Positions 1 to 27,269 of a DNA stretch of 64,000 nucleotides are shown here, piece after piece; positions within the stretch are counted from its first letter, which is position 1, and each line of letters starts with the position of its first letter. The position numbers and the translations under genes are program-made. This stretch comes from the human T2T-CHM13v2.0 reference genome, Homo sapiens. The DNA is taken from assembly GCF_009914755.1 (NCBI RefSeq), contig NC_060941.1. One strand, given 5' to 3'. Under the pieces are notes generated by a model, which saw only the letters and a list, made by a program, of their open reading frames with translations, did not search any database and had not been told where the DNA came from.

Positions 1-210
1 CGACAAAACAAGACCAGGTGCAGTGGCTCATGCCTGTAATCCTGGCACTTTGGGAGGCCAACGCGGGTAGATCACCTGAGGTCAGGGATTCAAGACCAGC
101 CTGGGCAACATGATGAAACTCCGTCTGTACTAAAAATACAAAAATTAGGCTGGGCATGGTGGCCCACACCTCTAATCCAAGCACTTTGGGAGGCCAAGGC
201 AGGTGGATCA

Positions 211-384
<174 letters not shown>

Positions 385-427
385 TCACTGCACTCCAGCC
401 TGGGAGACAAAGCAAAACTCTGTCTCA

Positions 428-815
<388 letters not shown>

Positions 816-1105
816 TTCACTTTATTTTATTTTGAGACTGCATCTCACTCTGTCACCCACTGGAGTGCAGTGGCACAATCACGGTTCACTGCATCCTTGA
901 CTTCCTGGGCTCAGGTGTTCCTCCCACCTCGGCCTCCTGAGTAGCTAGGACTACAGGCACCTGCCACACACCCGGCTAATTTTTTTATTTTTTGTAAAGA
1001 CAGGGTTTTGCCAAGTTGTCCAGACTGGTCTCCAACTCCTGGAGCTCAAGCAATCCACCTGCCTTGGCCTCCCAAAGTGTCAAGATTACAGGCATGAGCC
1101 ACTAG

Positions 1106-1363
<258 letters not shown>

Positions 1364-1455
1364 TGATCCACCCACCTCAACCTCCTAAATTGTTAGGATT
1401 ACAGGCATGAGCCACCACGCCTGGCCTTGAATTCATAGTTTTAATAAAGCAATTT

Positions 1456-3167
<1,712 letters not shown>

Positions 3168-3301
3168 CTCTTGAAAAAGGTATCTCTAGACCCAGATAGT
3201 TTCACTGGAGACGTCTGCTCATAGTTAAAGAAATATCAACACCAATTATACGTAATCTCCAGAAAACAGAAGTAGGAGCACTTCTGGACTGATGAGGCCA
3301 G

Positions 3302-3375
3302 TACAGTTGACCCTTATAACTGCAGGCTCCCCATCCATGGATTCAGCCAACCACAGATGGAAAATATTCCAAAAT
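3302..3375. mobile_element. TcMar-Tigger family DNA transposon end fragment
   Basis: TA followed by cagttgaccctt...catccatggattcagccaaccacagatggaaaatatt, a Tigger/MER8-like terminus. Confidence 0.5.
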
Positions 3376-3972
3376 ATGGACTCCAGGCATGGTGGCTCAT
3401 GCCTGTAATCCTGAGAATCGCTTGAACCCAGGAGGCAGAGGTTGCAGTGAGCTGAGATCGTGCCACTGAACCACTGCACTCCAGCCTGGATGACAAGACT
3501 GAAACTCTATCTCAAAAAAAAAAAAAAAAAAGAAAAAGAAAAAGAAAAAAATCACCCTGGGTGGGCATGGTGGCTCACATCTGTCATCTCAACATTGTGG
3601 GAGGCCGATGAGAAAGGACTGCTTGAGCCTAAGAGTTTGAGACCAGCCTGGGCAAACAGCAAGACCTTGTCTCTACTAAAAAATTAAAAAATTAGCTAGG
3701 TGTGGTGGTGCACCTGTACTGTAATCCCAGCTACTTGGGCGGCTGAGATGGGAGGATCGCACGAGCCCAGGAGTTCCAGGCTGCAGTGAGCTATGATTGC
3801 AACACTGTACTCCAGCCTGAGGAACACAGCAAGATCCTGTCTCAAAAACAAACAAAAAAACAAAAACAGAAAAAATTCAGCTCTGCCATTACCTCTTCAA
3901 AACTCTTCCTTAACTTGCCGTCTAGAGTTGAAGACCCCTCCACTCAGCTCTGGTGAGAGGCTGACTGAATAA

Positions 3973-4273
<301 letters not shown>

Positions 4274-4384
4274 TAAGGTCAGGAGTTCCAGACCAGCCTG
4301 GCCAACATGGTGAAACCCCATTTCTACTAAAATTACAAAAATTAGCTGATTGTGGTGCCACATGCCTCTAATCCCAGCTACTCA

Positions 4385-4489
<105 letters not shown>

Positions 4490-4528
4490 TCAAAAAATAA
4501 TAATAATAATAAATAATAAATCAAATAA

Positions 4529-4675
<147 letters not shown>

Positions 4676-5017
4676 TAAGGTTTTCATCAGGGCCAACTGG
4701 GCACTGGCTCCTGCTCCACCAGTCCTATGTGGTTGCAGAATGAATGGCCCCAATAAAGATTCTCCCCTGAGCCCCCTACCCCCAGATCTTCCTGCAAGGT
4801 TGGCAGAGCTGGATGCTCTGAAAGCTAAGGGCACGTGGGCCAACCAGCGCCTGGCCAGAGAAGGGGAGGAAAACATGTGAAGCCTCACAGGTCTGGAGTC
4901 TAACCCCTCACTGAACACAGAACAGCCACCCCCGTGTGCAGCTGCAGGGCGAGGAAGGTCAGCTCTTGGCCCCTTCTCAACCCTCCTACCAAACACCAAG
5001 CAGGTTTCTGAGAATAG

Positions 5018-5554
<537 letters not shown>

Positions 5555-5754
5555 TGAGAAGTGCACAAGGCATTGTGCACCAAAAGTGGGAGGAAGGGCT
5601 TGAGGTCTCCTTGAGTCCTCACGTGGATGGGTGGGCCCATGGCAGAGAACCACTAGTAGATGAATGTTTGTAAGATCCCATATTGGGGGTTTTCCTGTCC
5701 TGGAGGCCAACACCTCCATTTCTCTTTCTCTCATTTCTCTTTCTTTCTTTCTGT

Positions 5755-5830
5755 CTCTCTTTGCATTTCTTCCAAATTCCCAGGTGGTCCTGATGCAACT
5801 GGACTCAGGACCACAAACAGGGAACCTCTG
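5755..5830. mobile_element. MER5A-like hAT fragment
   Basis: ttgcatttcttccaaattcccaggtggtcctgatgc...ggaccaca...gaacc resembles the MER5A end. Confidence 0.55.
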
Positions 5831-6279
5831 CTCTCAAGGGTGGCAGAGAAGTAGATGCAAGTCGCTTCAATTCCTGAATCACCACACATGAAAGGCCAGC
5901 CAGCAAATACCAACCCGCGGCTCTGAGTGAGAGATCAGCCAGAGTGTGTTTAACCTCTGAGATTTGGGAATTAACTATCATAGAGGCTCAAATTACCTAA
6001 CTAAGGCAGAAGAAACGATAGTTGTCTCAGTGGAGAAGAGGAAGACCTCACTGAGGTCTCTGATTATTATTCCTTGGCTTAAAATACAAGACTCTTTAGA
6101 CCCTAACCTCCCCTAAGTCTCCCACCAGCCTCACACACTCTCTAGATTCTAGGTCAACAAGGCTGCAGCAGGAACACTGAGAAAAGGGAGCAGAAGTGAA
6201 GTCTCCTTAGTTGGCCAAAAGACAGCCTTCTGAAAGCTGTGTATGAAATAAGAATATTGCAGACCCAATAATTTATGTA

Positions 6280-6745
6280 TTAATTTTTGAGATAATAGTA
6301 GATTTGTATGCAGCTATAGAGAATAAATCAGAGATTCCATACAACTTTTACCCCATTATTCCAATAGAAATTGCTTGCAAAAATACCGTACATTAACAAA
6401 ATCAGAATATTGATATTGATACAACCAAGATATAAAACATTTCCATCACCACAAGCATCTTTCTGGTTGCTTTTTTAATAACCACATCCACTTACCTCCA
6501 ACTTTCTTTTCTATTGGCTTGTTTAAGAAAACTGCCAAACTATTTTTCCAACTTACATTCTCACCAGCAATGTATAAATGATCTGGTTTCCTCACATTAT
6601 CAATAGCATTTATTATTTTTTTTTTATTTTAGCCATTCTGATAGGTATGGGATATTTCATTGCCGTTTTAATTTACATCTCCCTAATGGCTAATGATGTT
6701 GGGTATCTTTTCATGTGCTTATTTGTCCTCTGTATATCTTCTTCA
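6280..6745 (-). mobile_element. L1MC-like 3' end fragment
   Basis: taatttttgagataatagtagatt...acatttccatcaccacaag and ctaatggctaatgatgttgggtatcttttcatgtgcttatttg are antisense L1 3'-region motifs. Confidence 0.7.
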
Positions 6746-7579
6746 GTATCTCTCATTCATTCTATGTCTTTTTTTTTTTTTTTTAATGAGACAGGGTCTT
6801 GCTCTGTTGCCCAGGCTGGAACACAGTGGCGTGATCATGGGTCACTGCAGCCTCTTAACTCCTGGGCTCAAGGCAATCCTCTCACCTCAGCCTCCTCAGT
6901 AGCTGGGACTACAGGCATGAGCCACCATGCTTGGCTCATTCAGGGGAATTGTTTGAACCCAGGAGGCAGAGGTTGCAGTGAGCCGAGATCATGCCACTCC
7001 ACTCCAGCCTGGGTGACAGAGCAAGACTCCATAAAAAAAAATTTTTTTTTTTTTTTGTAGAGACAGGCTCTCACTACATTGCCCAGGCTGGTCTCAAATT
7101 CCTAGGCTCAAACGATCCTCCCGCCTCAGCCTCCCAAAATGCCAGGATTACACTCATGGGCCTTTCATTCATTCTTTAAGAGATATTTGCTGTGTGCGGA
7201 CTGTGGAGAGGCACAGTTCTAGGAAGTATAGATACGGTAAGAGGCAAGTTACCTAAAGGATCAGAGCAAGAAGACCCTGTCATTGCTGGGGTACTGACTG
7301 TCTCCCAGACAGGAGCAAGATTAACCATGATCTAAGTGAATGAGTTAACAATCTCAAAAATATCAAATCTTTTGTTAACTAGAAGGGGCAGTTGTTGGTC
7401 AGTGTGGCAAAGATTTGGAGATGCATCTTTCGTCTGGTGATATCTCTCAGCAGAAGACAGAGAGAGAAAGCACTACAGCCCTTTCGCTCTTCTTATAAGG
7501 CAATGTACGTCAATCTGTCTTACCTGAGAAGCCATCTTCCGTGCACCTACGTACGGGGAAAAGGTGCTAATGTGCTACT

Positions 7580-7656
7580 GTATATGTGCGTATGTATATA
7601 CATGTGCATATATATGTGCATATATATATATATAAATATATATATATAAATATATA

Positions 7657-7712
<56 letters not shown>
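7580..7712. repeat. (TA)n/(TG)n microsatellite adjoining an Alu tail
   Basis: Seen directly: tatatatata tracts interrupted by tg/ca. Confidence 0.95.
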
Positions 7713-7713
<1 letters not shown>

Positions 7714-7768
7714 TTTGAGATGGAGTCTCACTCTGTCACCCAGGCTGGGGTGCAGTGGCATGATCTAG

Positions 7769-7918
<150 letters not shown>

Positions 7919-9119
7919 TGATCTCCTGACCTCATGATCCACCCACCTTGGCCTCCCAAAGTGCTGGGATTACAGGCGTGAGCCACCACGCCCAGCTCTA
8001 TAAGTACCCTATATTTATAGGGATCTCAAGAAAGGTAACACAGGCTTTCTGATTACACATCAGTCTATTTAGAGTTGGGTTAGTGTGAGTCTTTCTGAAG
8101 ATCGATTCCCCTCAGAGTGCATTGACAATATCAAGTTTCTAGGCTTGCTCAACTTAGAGAGGGATATTTCACTGACCTTGACATCATGTGAAGCCTCATG
8201 ACAGCAAATCAAACTTCCTTGGTGACCTTCCACCTTTACCACAGGCCTGTCTTAAAGTATTAACCCATACAGTTGGCAGTTTCATTTTTCTCAGGCTTTG
8301 TGTGTGTTCATCTGCCTGCCTGGAATTGTCTCTCTGCTTTGTTTACCTGGAGAACTCCTACATTTCCCCCAAAACCCAATTCAAATATCCACTCTATTGT
8401 GATGACTCTTTTTTAAGTGTTTTCAGTTTTTATTTTCTTTGGAATTACCATCGTACTTCGGATGTGCCTTTGTTTTTAATCACCTATTTAATGCCTGTTG
8501 AATATAGGCTCTAAGGTTGCTATTTTGTGTATTGGATCCTCACACAAACTCCTTTTAGAGATTTTATTTTTTTGAGAGACGGTCTTACTCTGTCACCCAG
8601 GCTGGAGTACAGTAGCATGATCATAGCTCAATGCAGCTTCAAATTCTTGGAGTCAAGCAATCCTCCTGCCTTGGCCTCCTGAGTAGCTGGGACTATAGGC
8701 ATGTGCCACCACGGCTGGTTAATTTTTTAAAAAAATTTTTGTAGAGATGGCGTCTCCCTATGTCACCCAGGCTGGTCTTGAACTCCCAACTGCAAGGGAT
8801 CCTCCTGCCTCAGCTTTCAAACTGAGGAGAAAGAAACTACCCCAACTAGGGGGCATCCCAAAGTGCTGAGATTACAGGTGTGAGCCACAACACCTGGCCA
8901 GAGAGAGATGTTTTTATCCACATATTACAAATGATAGATTTAAGCCTCAGAAAGTTTAAGTCCAAAGTCATACAGTCAGTGAGTTTCCTAGGCTAAAATT
9001 CTAATTGCAATATATCGGCGGCAAAGGGCAGGCCCTTTTAAGCACCTCGTTCTGATCACAGCACGTAGTTATTTATTTGCTTGTCTATACCTCCATTGGT
9101 CTGTATTTATAAGACCCAT

Positions 9120-9220
9120 GACTGTGTATCACACTCACACCGTCACTGCTTTGCCCTAGGTGTGCCATGCACGTGTGTTGAGTGAATAAGTGGATGAGTG
9201 AATGAGTGAATGAACACATG
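9120..9220 (+). mobile_element. L2 3' end
   Basis: tgttgagtgaataagtggatgagtgaatgagtgaatgaa tail. Confidence 0.55.
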
Positions 9221-10551
9221 AATTTTTCACATGGCAGAGATACAGTCATGTGTAACAGATTTTGAACAAATATTTTATTTCACTGTCGGTAGCTTTCTGT
9301 CTTGAATTAACTACTGTTATCTTCTCTTGCTATCCATCCTATACTTTAAAAAGTTCCACTGAGATATTCATGGGAAGATGTTCCTCCCAGTCCCTTCTGG
9401 AGAACTGTCCAACCACACAGTACTAATTTCATGCAACTTAAATGGCCCAGACATTTAGCTTACCTCTCTCATTTATATTATGGTACAAATCTGGGATGTG
9501 CTTCTTTAAGTGACGGAAGGAGACAGCCTCTAATCTACATACGATTTCTTCTCAACTGCTCTCTCTGTGTAATGGCAGATGGTTCACAGGCCCATCCTGT
9601 GAATATTATAGTACTTAATGCATAAATAGAGTCTGGGAGGGGTGGAGAGAGAGACGGAGATGAGATAAAAGACAATTACCATTTGTTCATATTTCAAATC
9701 CCACTTAGAAGAGGAGTTGTGGCTCAAAAATGGAAGGTGGAGATGGAGTGAGGAGGAAGCCAGTTACATACAAGGTAAAATCTGGGGGATTAGCTGGATA
9801 TAATTGACAGCAGAGATGTTTATTTCATGCAAGCACAACCTTCATTTCTTCTAATCTGCTTGCTTAAATATTAGGACTTCAGGAAGGCAACCTCCATATT
9901 TTACACGAAAAAAATTTGCAGTTAAAATAATCATTAACATTATACAATAAATACAATGATTAATCTATTTCATATTTAATTGTCTTCTACAGAGCAAATG
10001 AATAATTTAAATAAACACTTAGATCCTCTCATGAAACAAAAACACAAAGAAATTTCTAACAAACTTTTAAAACAATATATAGCCACAGCAGAAATGGGAA
10101 AAAAAATACAATCAAGCAGGAGGTCCTTTTCTGTCCATGAAATTAGCAAAGATACAAAAATGATGATCCAAATCATGGTAAATATATAATGCAATGTGCA
10201 GCCTCATATACTTTTGGCTGGAATATGAATTAGTTCCATCTTTTCAGAATTATCTACAAAGAATAGTAAAAGTACACAGAAACATTATCTCTAAATTCTG
10301 TTTCTGAAAACTAATCTTAAAGCAATAATTCAAGATTGGTGGAGGGAAGGAAAGTTTTACACAGAAAGACATTTGTCACACTCTTCTTATTACTGGGGTA
10401 AGGTAGGTAAAAAATTAAATGACTAAATCTAGAAATCTGGTTTGGTCACAGTAGAGTCCTACAACAAAATATTTTATGTCTTTTACCCACTGCTTTTGTT
10501 GACATCTGTAGATAAACTAAATAGTCAGTTGTATTTTCTTGTAGATTTTGA

Positions 10552-10910
<359 letters not shown>

Positions 10911-11051
10911 TAGAGTGCAATGGTGCAATCATAGCTCACTGCAGCCTCCAACTCCTGAGCTCAAGCAATTCTCCTGCCTCAGCCCCCAAGGAGCTGTGAC
11001 TACACCACTATGTACACTATGTACACCACTATGCCTAGCTAATTTTGCATT

Positions 11052-11052
<1 letters not shown>

Positions 11053-11089
<37 letters not shown>
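11053..11089. repeat. (GTT)n microsatellite in an Alu linker
   Basis: Seen directly; it produces the poly-Q, poly-V and poly-C ORFs. Confidence 0.95.
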
Positions 11090-11092
<3 letters not shown>

Positions 11093-11734
11093 AGGGATGG
11101 GGTGTTGCTATGTTGCTCAGGTTCATCTCAAATTCCTGGTCTCAAGCAGCTCTCCTGCCACATCCTCCAAAAGCGCTGGGATTACAGGCATGAGCCACTG
11201 AGCCTGCCTCTCATTTCTTCCTTCTAACCCTTTATTCTATAGAGAACTTATTTTAACATGTGATATGAAGAGTCAGAGGATATGGGTCCCAATCTTATCT
11301 TTGCCATCAGCTATGTTACCTTTGATCTAGGGAAACAAAAATGACCTCACCTACCTCACAGATTGCTTGTGAATCTGCTGTGAGTTGGTGCATATAGAAT
11401 TAGTGAGATTTGGTTTAGTTGGTTTCCTAGCTCATGGACAAGGGGCTGCCACACATCACCCCATCTATCAGGAGACCAATAGTAAGAACTGGGGCCGGGT
11501 GCAGTGGCTCATGCCTGTAATCCACATTTTGGTAAGCTGAGGAAGGCATGTCTCTTGAGGCCAGGAGTTCAAGACCAGCCTGGCTAACATAGCAAAACCT
11601 CATCTCTACTAAAAATACAAAAAATTTAGCTGGGCGTGGTGGCATGTGCTTGTCGTCCCAGCTACTCAGGAGGCTGAGATCGTGCCACTGTACTTCAGCC
11701 TGGGCAACAGAGTGAGACCCTGTTTCCCCCAAAA

Positions 11735-17443
<5,709 letters not shown>

Positions 17444-17972
17444 TTTTGTTTTGTTTTGAGGTTTTGAGATGGAGTTTGGCTCTTGTCATCCAGGCTGGAG
17501 TGCCCTGCCACGATCTTGGCTCACTCCAACCTCCCCCTCCCAGGTTCAAGCGATTCTCCTGCCTCAGCCTCCTAAGTAGCTGGTACATATGCCCAGCCCT
17601 CTTTTTTTAAGACAGAGTCTCACTCTGTTGCCCAGGCTGTGTGCAGTGACACAGTCTCAGCTCACTGCAGCCTCTGCCTCCTGGACTCAGGTGATCCTCC
17701 CACCTCAGCCTCCCTAGTAGCTGGGACTAAAAGTGTGTACCACCATGCCTGACTAATTTTTGTATTTTTTAAAATTTATTTATTGTTGCACGAGGGGGCA
17801 GGTGGCAAGGTGCCACGCCTGAGTGGGGATGGCCAGATTGTTCTCCAGTCTCCAACCTCAGTGGTGCAATGGGAGACGAACATGGAAAGGGTATGGCGTC
17901 ATGGGCCCTGTGACGTTATGGCAGGATCCGGGGAAGGGAAGCAAAGCGAAGTAACGGGCAGCAGCCTGTGGC

Positions 17973-18079
17973 AAGAATATGGGATGCATCACGAATTTGC
18001 ATGTTATCTTTGCACAGGGGCCATGCTAATCTTCACTGTATCGTTCCAATTTTAGTACATGTGCTACTGAAAAGAGCAC
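17973..18079 (-). pseudogene. RNU6: Full-length, diverged U6 snRNA pseudogene; the 5' part of a chimeric retrocopy
   Basis: The plus strand aagaatatgggatgcatcacgaatttgcatgttatctttgcacaggggccatgctaatcttcactgtatcgttccaattttagtacatgtgctactgaaaagagcac aligns end to end with the U6 reverse complement. It has multiple substitutions and no native promoter, since Alu sequence lies upstream. Confidence 0.95.
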
Positions 18080-18355
18080 AAGTTTTGTGTTTTTTGTAGA
18101 GAGAGGGTCTTGCCATGTCACCCAGGCTGGTCCCAAACTCCTGAATTGAAGTGATTTGACCGCCTCGGCCTCCGAGTGCTGGGATTACACGCATGAGCCA
18201 CTGCACCTAGACTCAAATGGAAATTTTAAAACAAAAATACAATAACAAAAATTTAAAACTCACTAGATGGACTCAATACTATGAAGAGGAGGAAGAGTCA
18301 GGAGACAAAAGTGGATTGATAGAAAGCACTCAAACTGGCCGGTCGTGGTGGCTCA

Positions 18356-18703
<348 letters not shown>

Positions 18704-19403
18704 TCACCTGAAGTCAGGAGTTTGAGACCAGCTTGGCCAACATGGTGAAATCCCATCTCTACTAAAAATACAAAAATAAGCTGAGTGTGGTGGTGTGTGC
18801 CTGTAATCCCAGTTACTCAAGAGGTTGAGGCAGAAGAATCACTTGAACCAAAAAGTCAGAGTTTGCAGTGAGCTGGGATCACGCCACTGCACTCCAGCCT
18901 GGTGACAAACTGAGACTCCCATCTCAAAAAAAAAAAAAAAAAAGTCCAGGCATGATGGTGGGTGCCTGTAATCCCAGCTACTTGGGAGGTTGAGGCAGGA
19001 GAATCATTTGAACCCAGGAGGCAGAAGCAGAGGTTGCATTGAGGCAAGATCCCACCACTACACTCCAGCCTGGATGACAGAGTGAGACTCTTTCTCAAAA
19101 AAAAAAAAAAGAAAAAACATAAATAAAGGAGGCTGGTGGCTACTGGGGAACATGCCCCCAGGGATACTGCAGTGGCTGCTTCATTCACTCCTTTATTCTT
19201 TTTATATCTTTGGAGCATCTATTCTGCGTCTGGCACTACTCTTTGTTGGGGGATAGAGGACAGGGTAACCTTGGGGAGGACAGAGGTGGGTCAGGGAAGT
19301 AGCAGCTGCTACTTGAGATTACAGGAGTGTGTGTGTCCCAAGGCTCCAGAGGGAGCTTAGGCGGGGACACTGGGAAAGAGGGAGGAAGACCCTGATCTAA
19401 TGA

Positions 19404-19823
<420 letters not shown>

Positions 19824-19884
19824 TGATCCATCCACCTTGGCCTCCCAAAGTGCTGGAATTACAGGGGTGGGCCACTGCATCTGG

Positions 19885-20107
<223 letters not shown>

Positions 20108-20616
20108 TAGAGATGAGGGTCTTACTATATTCCCCAGGCTGGCCTCAAACCCCTGGCCTCAAACAATCCTCCCGCCTCAGCCTCCCAAAGTCCTGGGATT
20201 ACAGGCGTGAGCCACAGTGCCTGGCTTGAATCCCATTTCTTTCCACCATCACAAGGAACAGAACTAGTCCTTCAGCAGCATTGTTCCTTGGGATGTGTCT
20301 GCAGAGGCTTGGGAGACAATGAGAGGCACCCGGTGAACACGGAGGGAAGGAGATGGAAGGAAGGGCACTGGCTTTTGCAGACCCTTCTTGGGGAACAGGG
20401 AAGAACACACTCATTCATTCCTTCATTCACACATTTAGTCAACTTTTTTTAGAGAGAGGATCTCCTTCTGCCAGCCTGGCTGGAGTGCAGTGGCACAATC
20501 ATAGCTCACTGCACCCTTGAGCTCCTGGGTTCAAGCGACTATCCCACCCTGGCTTCCTGAGTAGCTGGGACTAGAGGTGCACGCCACCACACCTGGCTAA
20601 GTGTTTAATATTCTGA

Positions 20617-22168
<1,552 letters not shown>

Positions 22169-22514
22169 AGAACGGTGCAAGAGTGAGCATGTGAGTTGTC
22201 TTTTTTTTCCCTCATGAACCAAGGTTTCCAAGAAGCGCACTGAGCAGTGAGCAATAAAGCTAGGAGTGACTAAGGATGATCCAAGTGGGAGCTGCCAGCG
22301 CCAGGTGCCAGGGCTACCCTTTCCAGCTTTGGAGCCGACGTTCCTGAGCACACATCCCTCTCTTGTGGCCGAGAGCGGTATTGCCGCTGAAGAGACGGTG
22401 CTGGGGACCCCCTGCAGACTCTCATTCTGAAAACCCCAACATACAGGACAGGGGCCGAATGTACCTTGTGGACCCCATGAGATTTCCCACTTCGTTTTTA
22501 GAAAAATGTGATTA

Positions 22515-22851
<337 letters not shown>

Positions 22852-22905
22852 CTATATGTATACTTAGAAAAAAGTGCTAGAAGGACACTGAAATGTTACC
22901 AGTAA

Positions 22906-23166
<261 letters not shown>

Positions 23167-23287
23167 TAGCCAGGATGGTCTCCATCTCCTGACCTTGTGA
23201 TCTGCCCACCTCGGCCTTTCAAAGTGCTGGGATTACAGGCGTGAGCCACTGTGCCTTGTCTCTTTATATGTATTTCAAAATGTTCTA

Positions 23288-23819
<532 letters not shown>

Positions 23820-23901
23820 CTCTTCCTTGGGCCCCTCAAGTTCCTTGGACTTTGTAGGGAGGTTTGCATACCTGCCCACCTGGGAACATCCTTCCTCCTA
23901 T

Positions 23902-24936
<1,035 letters not shown>

Positions 24937-25229
24937 CTGTTCTCGCTCCAGGGATTGTGGAAAGGGAAGGTCAAGTGTCAGAGAAGAGTCTTTCAGGCTA
25001 GAGTGAGGCCTCTGTTCTTGGAGTGGGTGGTTGGAGACCAGGACAGAGGGGTCCCCCCGTTTAGACATGGTCTTGTAGTGCTGGCCTCTGGCTACCCTAA
25101 GCACGAAAAGCCTCGCCCCCACTTATCCTCACTGGAGGCTCCTCTTCCTTCAATGCTGGGGCGCCTGGCTGGGCGCAGTGGCTCACGCCTGTAATCTCAG
25201 CACTTTGGGAGGCCGAGGTGGATGGTTCA

Positions 25230-25444
<215 letters not shown>

Positions 25445-25542
25445 TCAAAAAAAAAAAAAAAAATAGACTGGGGACTCTGAGGAAGGACATAGTTGAGGAC
25501 ACAAAAGCAACTCTCTCTCTTTTTTTTTTTTTTTGAGACTGA

Positions 25543-25641
<99 letters not shown>

Positions 25642-27269
25642 TGAGTAGCTGGGATTACAGGCACCCACCACCACACCTGGCTAGTGTTTGTATTTTTTAG
25701 AGATGTAGACATGGGATTTCACCAGATTGGCCGGGCTGGTCCCGAACCCCTGACCTCGGGTGATCCACCTGCCTCAGTCTCCCAAAGTGTTGAAATTACA
25801 GGCATGAGCCACCACGCCTGGCCAAGCAACTCTCATTTTCTGCATGTCCTTGAATTTCAGGCATGAATACTGCTTCTCCAAAGTCCCCTGAACACAGCGA
25901 CACAAGTGTAGTCACATGACTTAGGCCTCTAATTCTGCCGTAACTCCTTTTCTTTTAAACATTGATTTTTTTTTTTCTTTTATTTTTGAGACAGGTTCTC
26001 GCCTGTCACCCAGGCTGGAGTGCAGTGGCCCGGCCCAATCTTGGCTCACTCTGCAACCTCCACCCCCACAGCCTCAAGGGATCCTCCCACCTCAGCCTCC
26101 TGAGTCCCAAATAACTGGGACCACAGGCATCTGCCACTTTTTTTTTTTTTTGTATTTGGCTTTTTTTTTTTTTTTTTTTTGTATTTTTAGTACAGACAGA
26201 GTCTTGCTATGTTGCCCAGGCTGGTCTAGAACTCCTCAGCTCAAGATTCCACCCACCTCGACCTCTCAAAGTGCTGGGATTACAGGCCTGAACCACTGTG
26301 CCCGGCCTGCAGCCTGGATTTTTAATGAGATCTCAGGTCATTTGTGTGCACACTGAACTTTGATAAACTCTTATTTATTTATTTATTGAGAGGAAGTCAC
26401 ACTCTGTCACCCAGGCTGGAGTACAGTGGCGAGATCTCCAGCTCACTGTAACCTCTGCCTCCCAGGTTCAAGCGATTCTCCTCCCTCAGCCTCCAAGTAG
26501 CTCCAAGATTACAGGCGCACACCACGCCCGGCTAATTTTTGTATTTTTTTTTAGTAGAGACGGCGTTTCACCATGTTGGCCAGGCTGGTCTGAAACTCAT
26601 GACCTCAAGTTATCTGCCCACCTTGGCCTCCCAGAGTGCTGGGATTACAGGTGTGAGCCATTGTGCCCAGCCCAAGAAGCTCTGATTTAAAATGTAGTAC
26701 TCAATAAATTGATGAAGAAGGTAGTTGAAACAATCTCTGTGACAGTTTAGAGTTTAAAATATTTCCATATTTGTTATTTCATTTTATCTTTTTTTGTTTT
26801 GTTTTATTTTTTTGAAACAATCTTGCTCTTTGCCCAGGCTGGAGTGCAGTGATGTGATCTCGGCTCACTGCACCTCGGCCTCCCAAAGTGCTGGGAGCAT
26901 GAGCCACAGTGCCTGGCCGGGAGTGCTGTCTTTTTATTAACTCCTGTATGTCCTTAGTTACCAGCATAGCCTTTTGTTATAGCAGAGTAGCCCGCCTTAC
27001 AGATAGAAAGGTCTTCCAGTGTTCCACAGAGTATAATGTTGTCCAGGGGCTTTGCCCGAACAATTCTGAAACATGGACATTCAAGTTGCAATGTATGTGA
27101 ATGAGTCATAGTTTTCTTTCCAATGCACAGGGCTTCAGTGTTCTACTTGGTCACTTGGTCTAAAGATCTCTGAGGCATGTTCTGTCTGCAACGTACTTGC
27201 CCAGCATCTCCCGGGTGGCTCCACTTCTAAAATGGATAACACTTTCTTTACTGGCCAGGTTTTTATTTA

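Noticed and set aside
17973-18079. Functional U6 gene
   Set aside because: Multiple substitutions, including in the ACAGAGA box (reads ACAGTGA). No upstream PSE or TATA element, and it is embedded in an Alu with a TSD.
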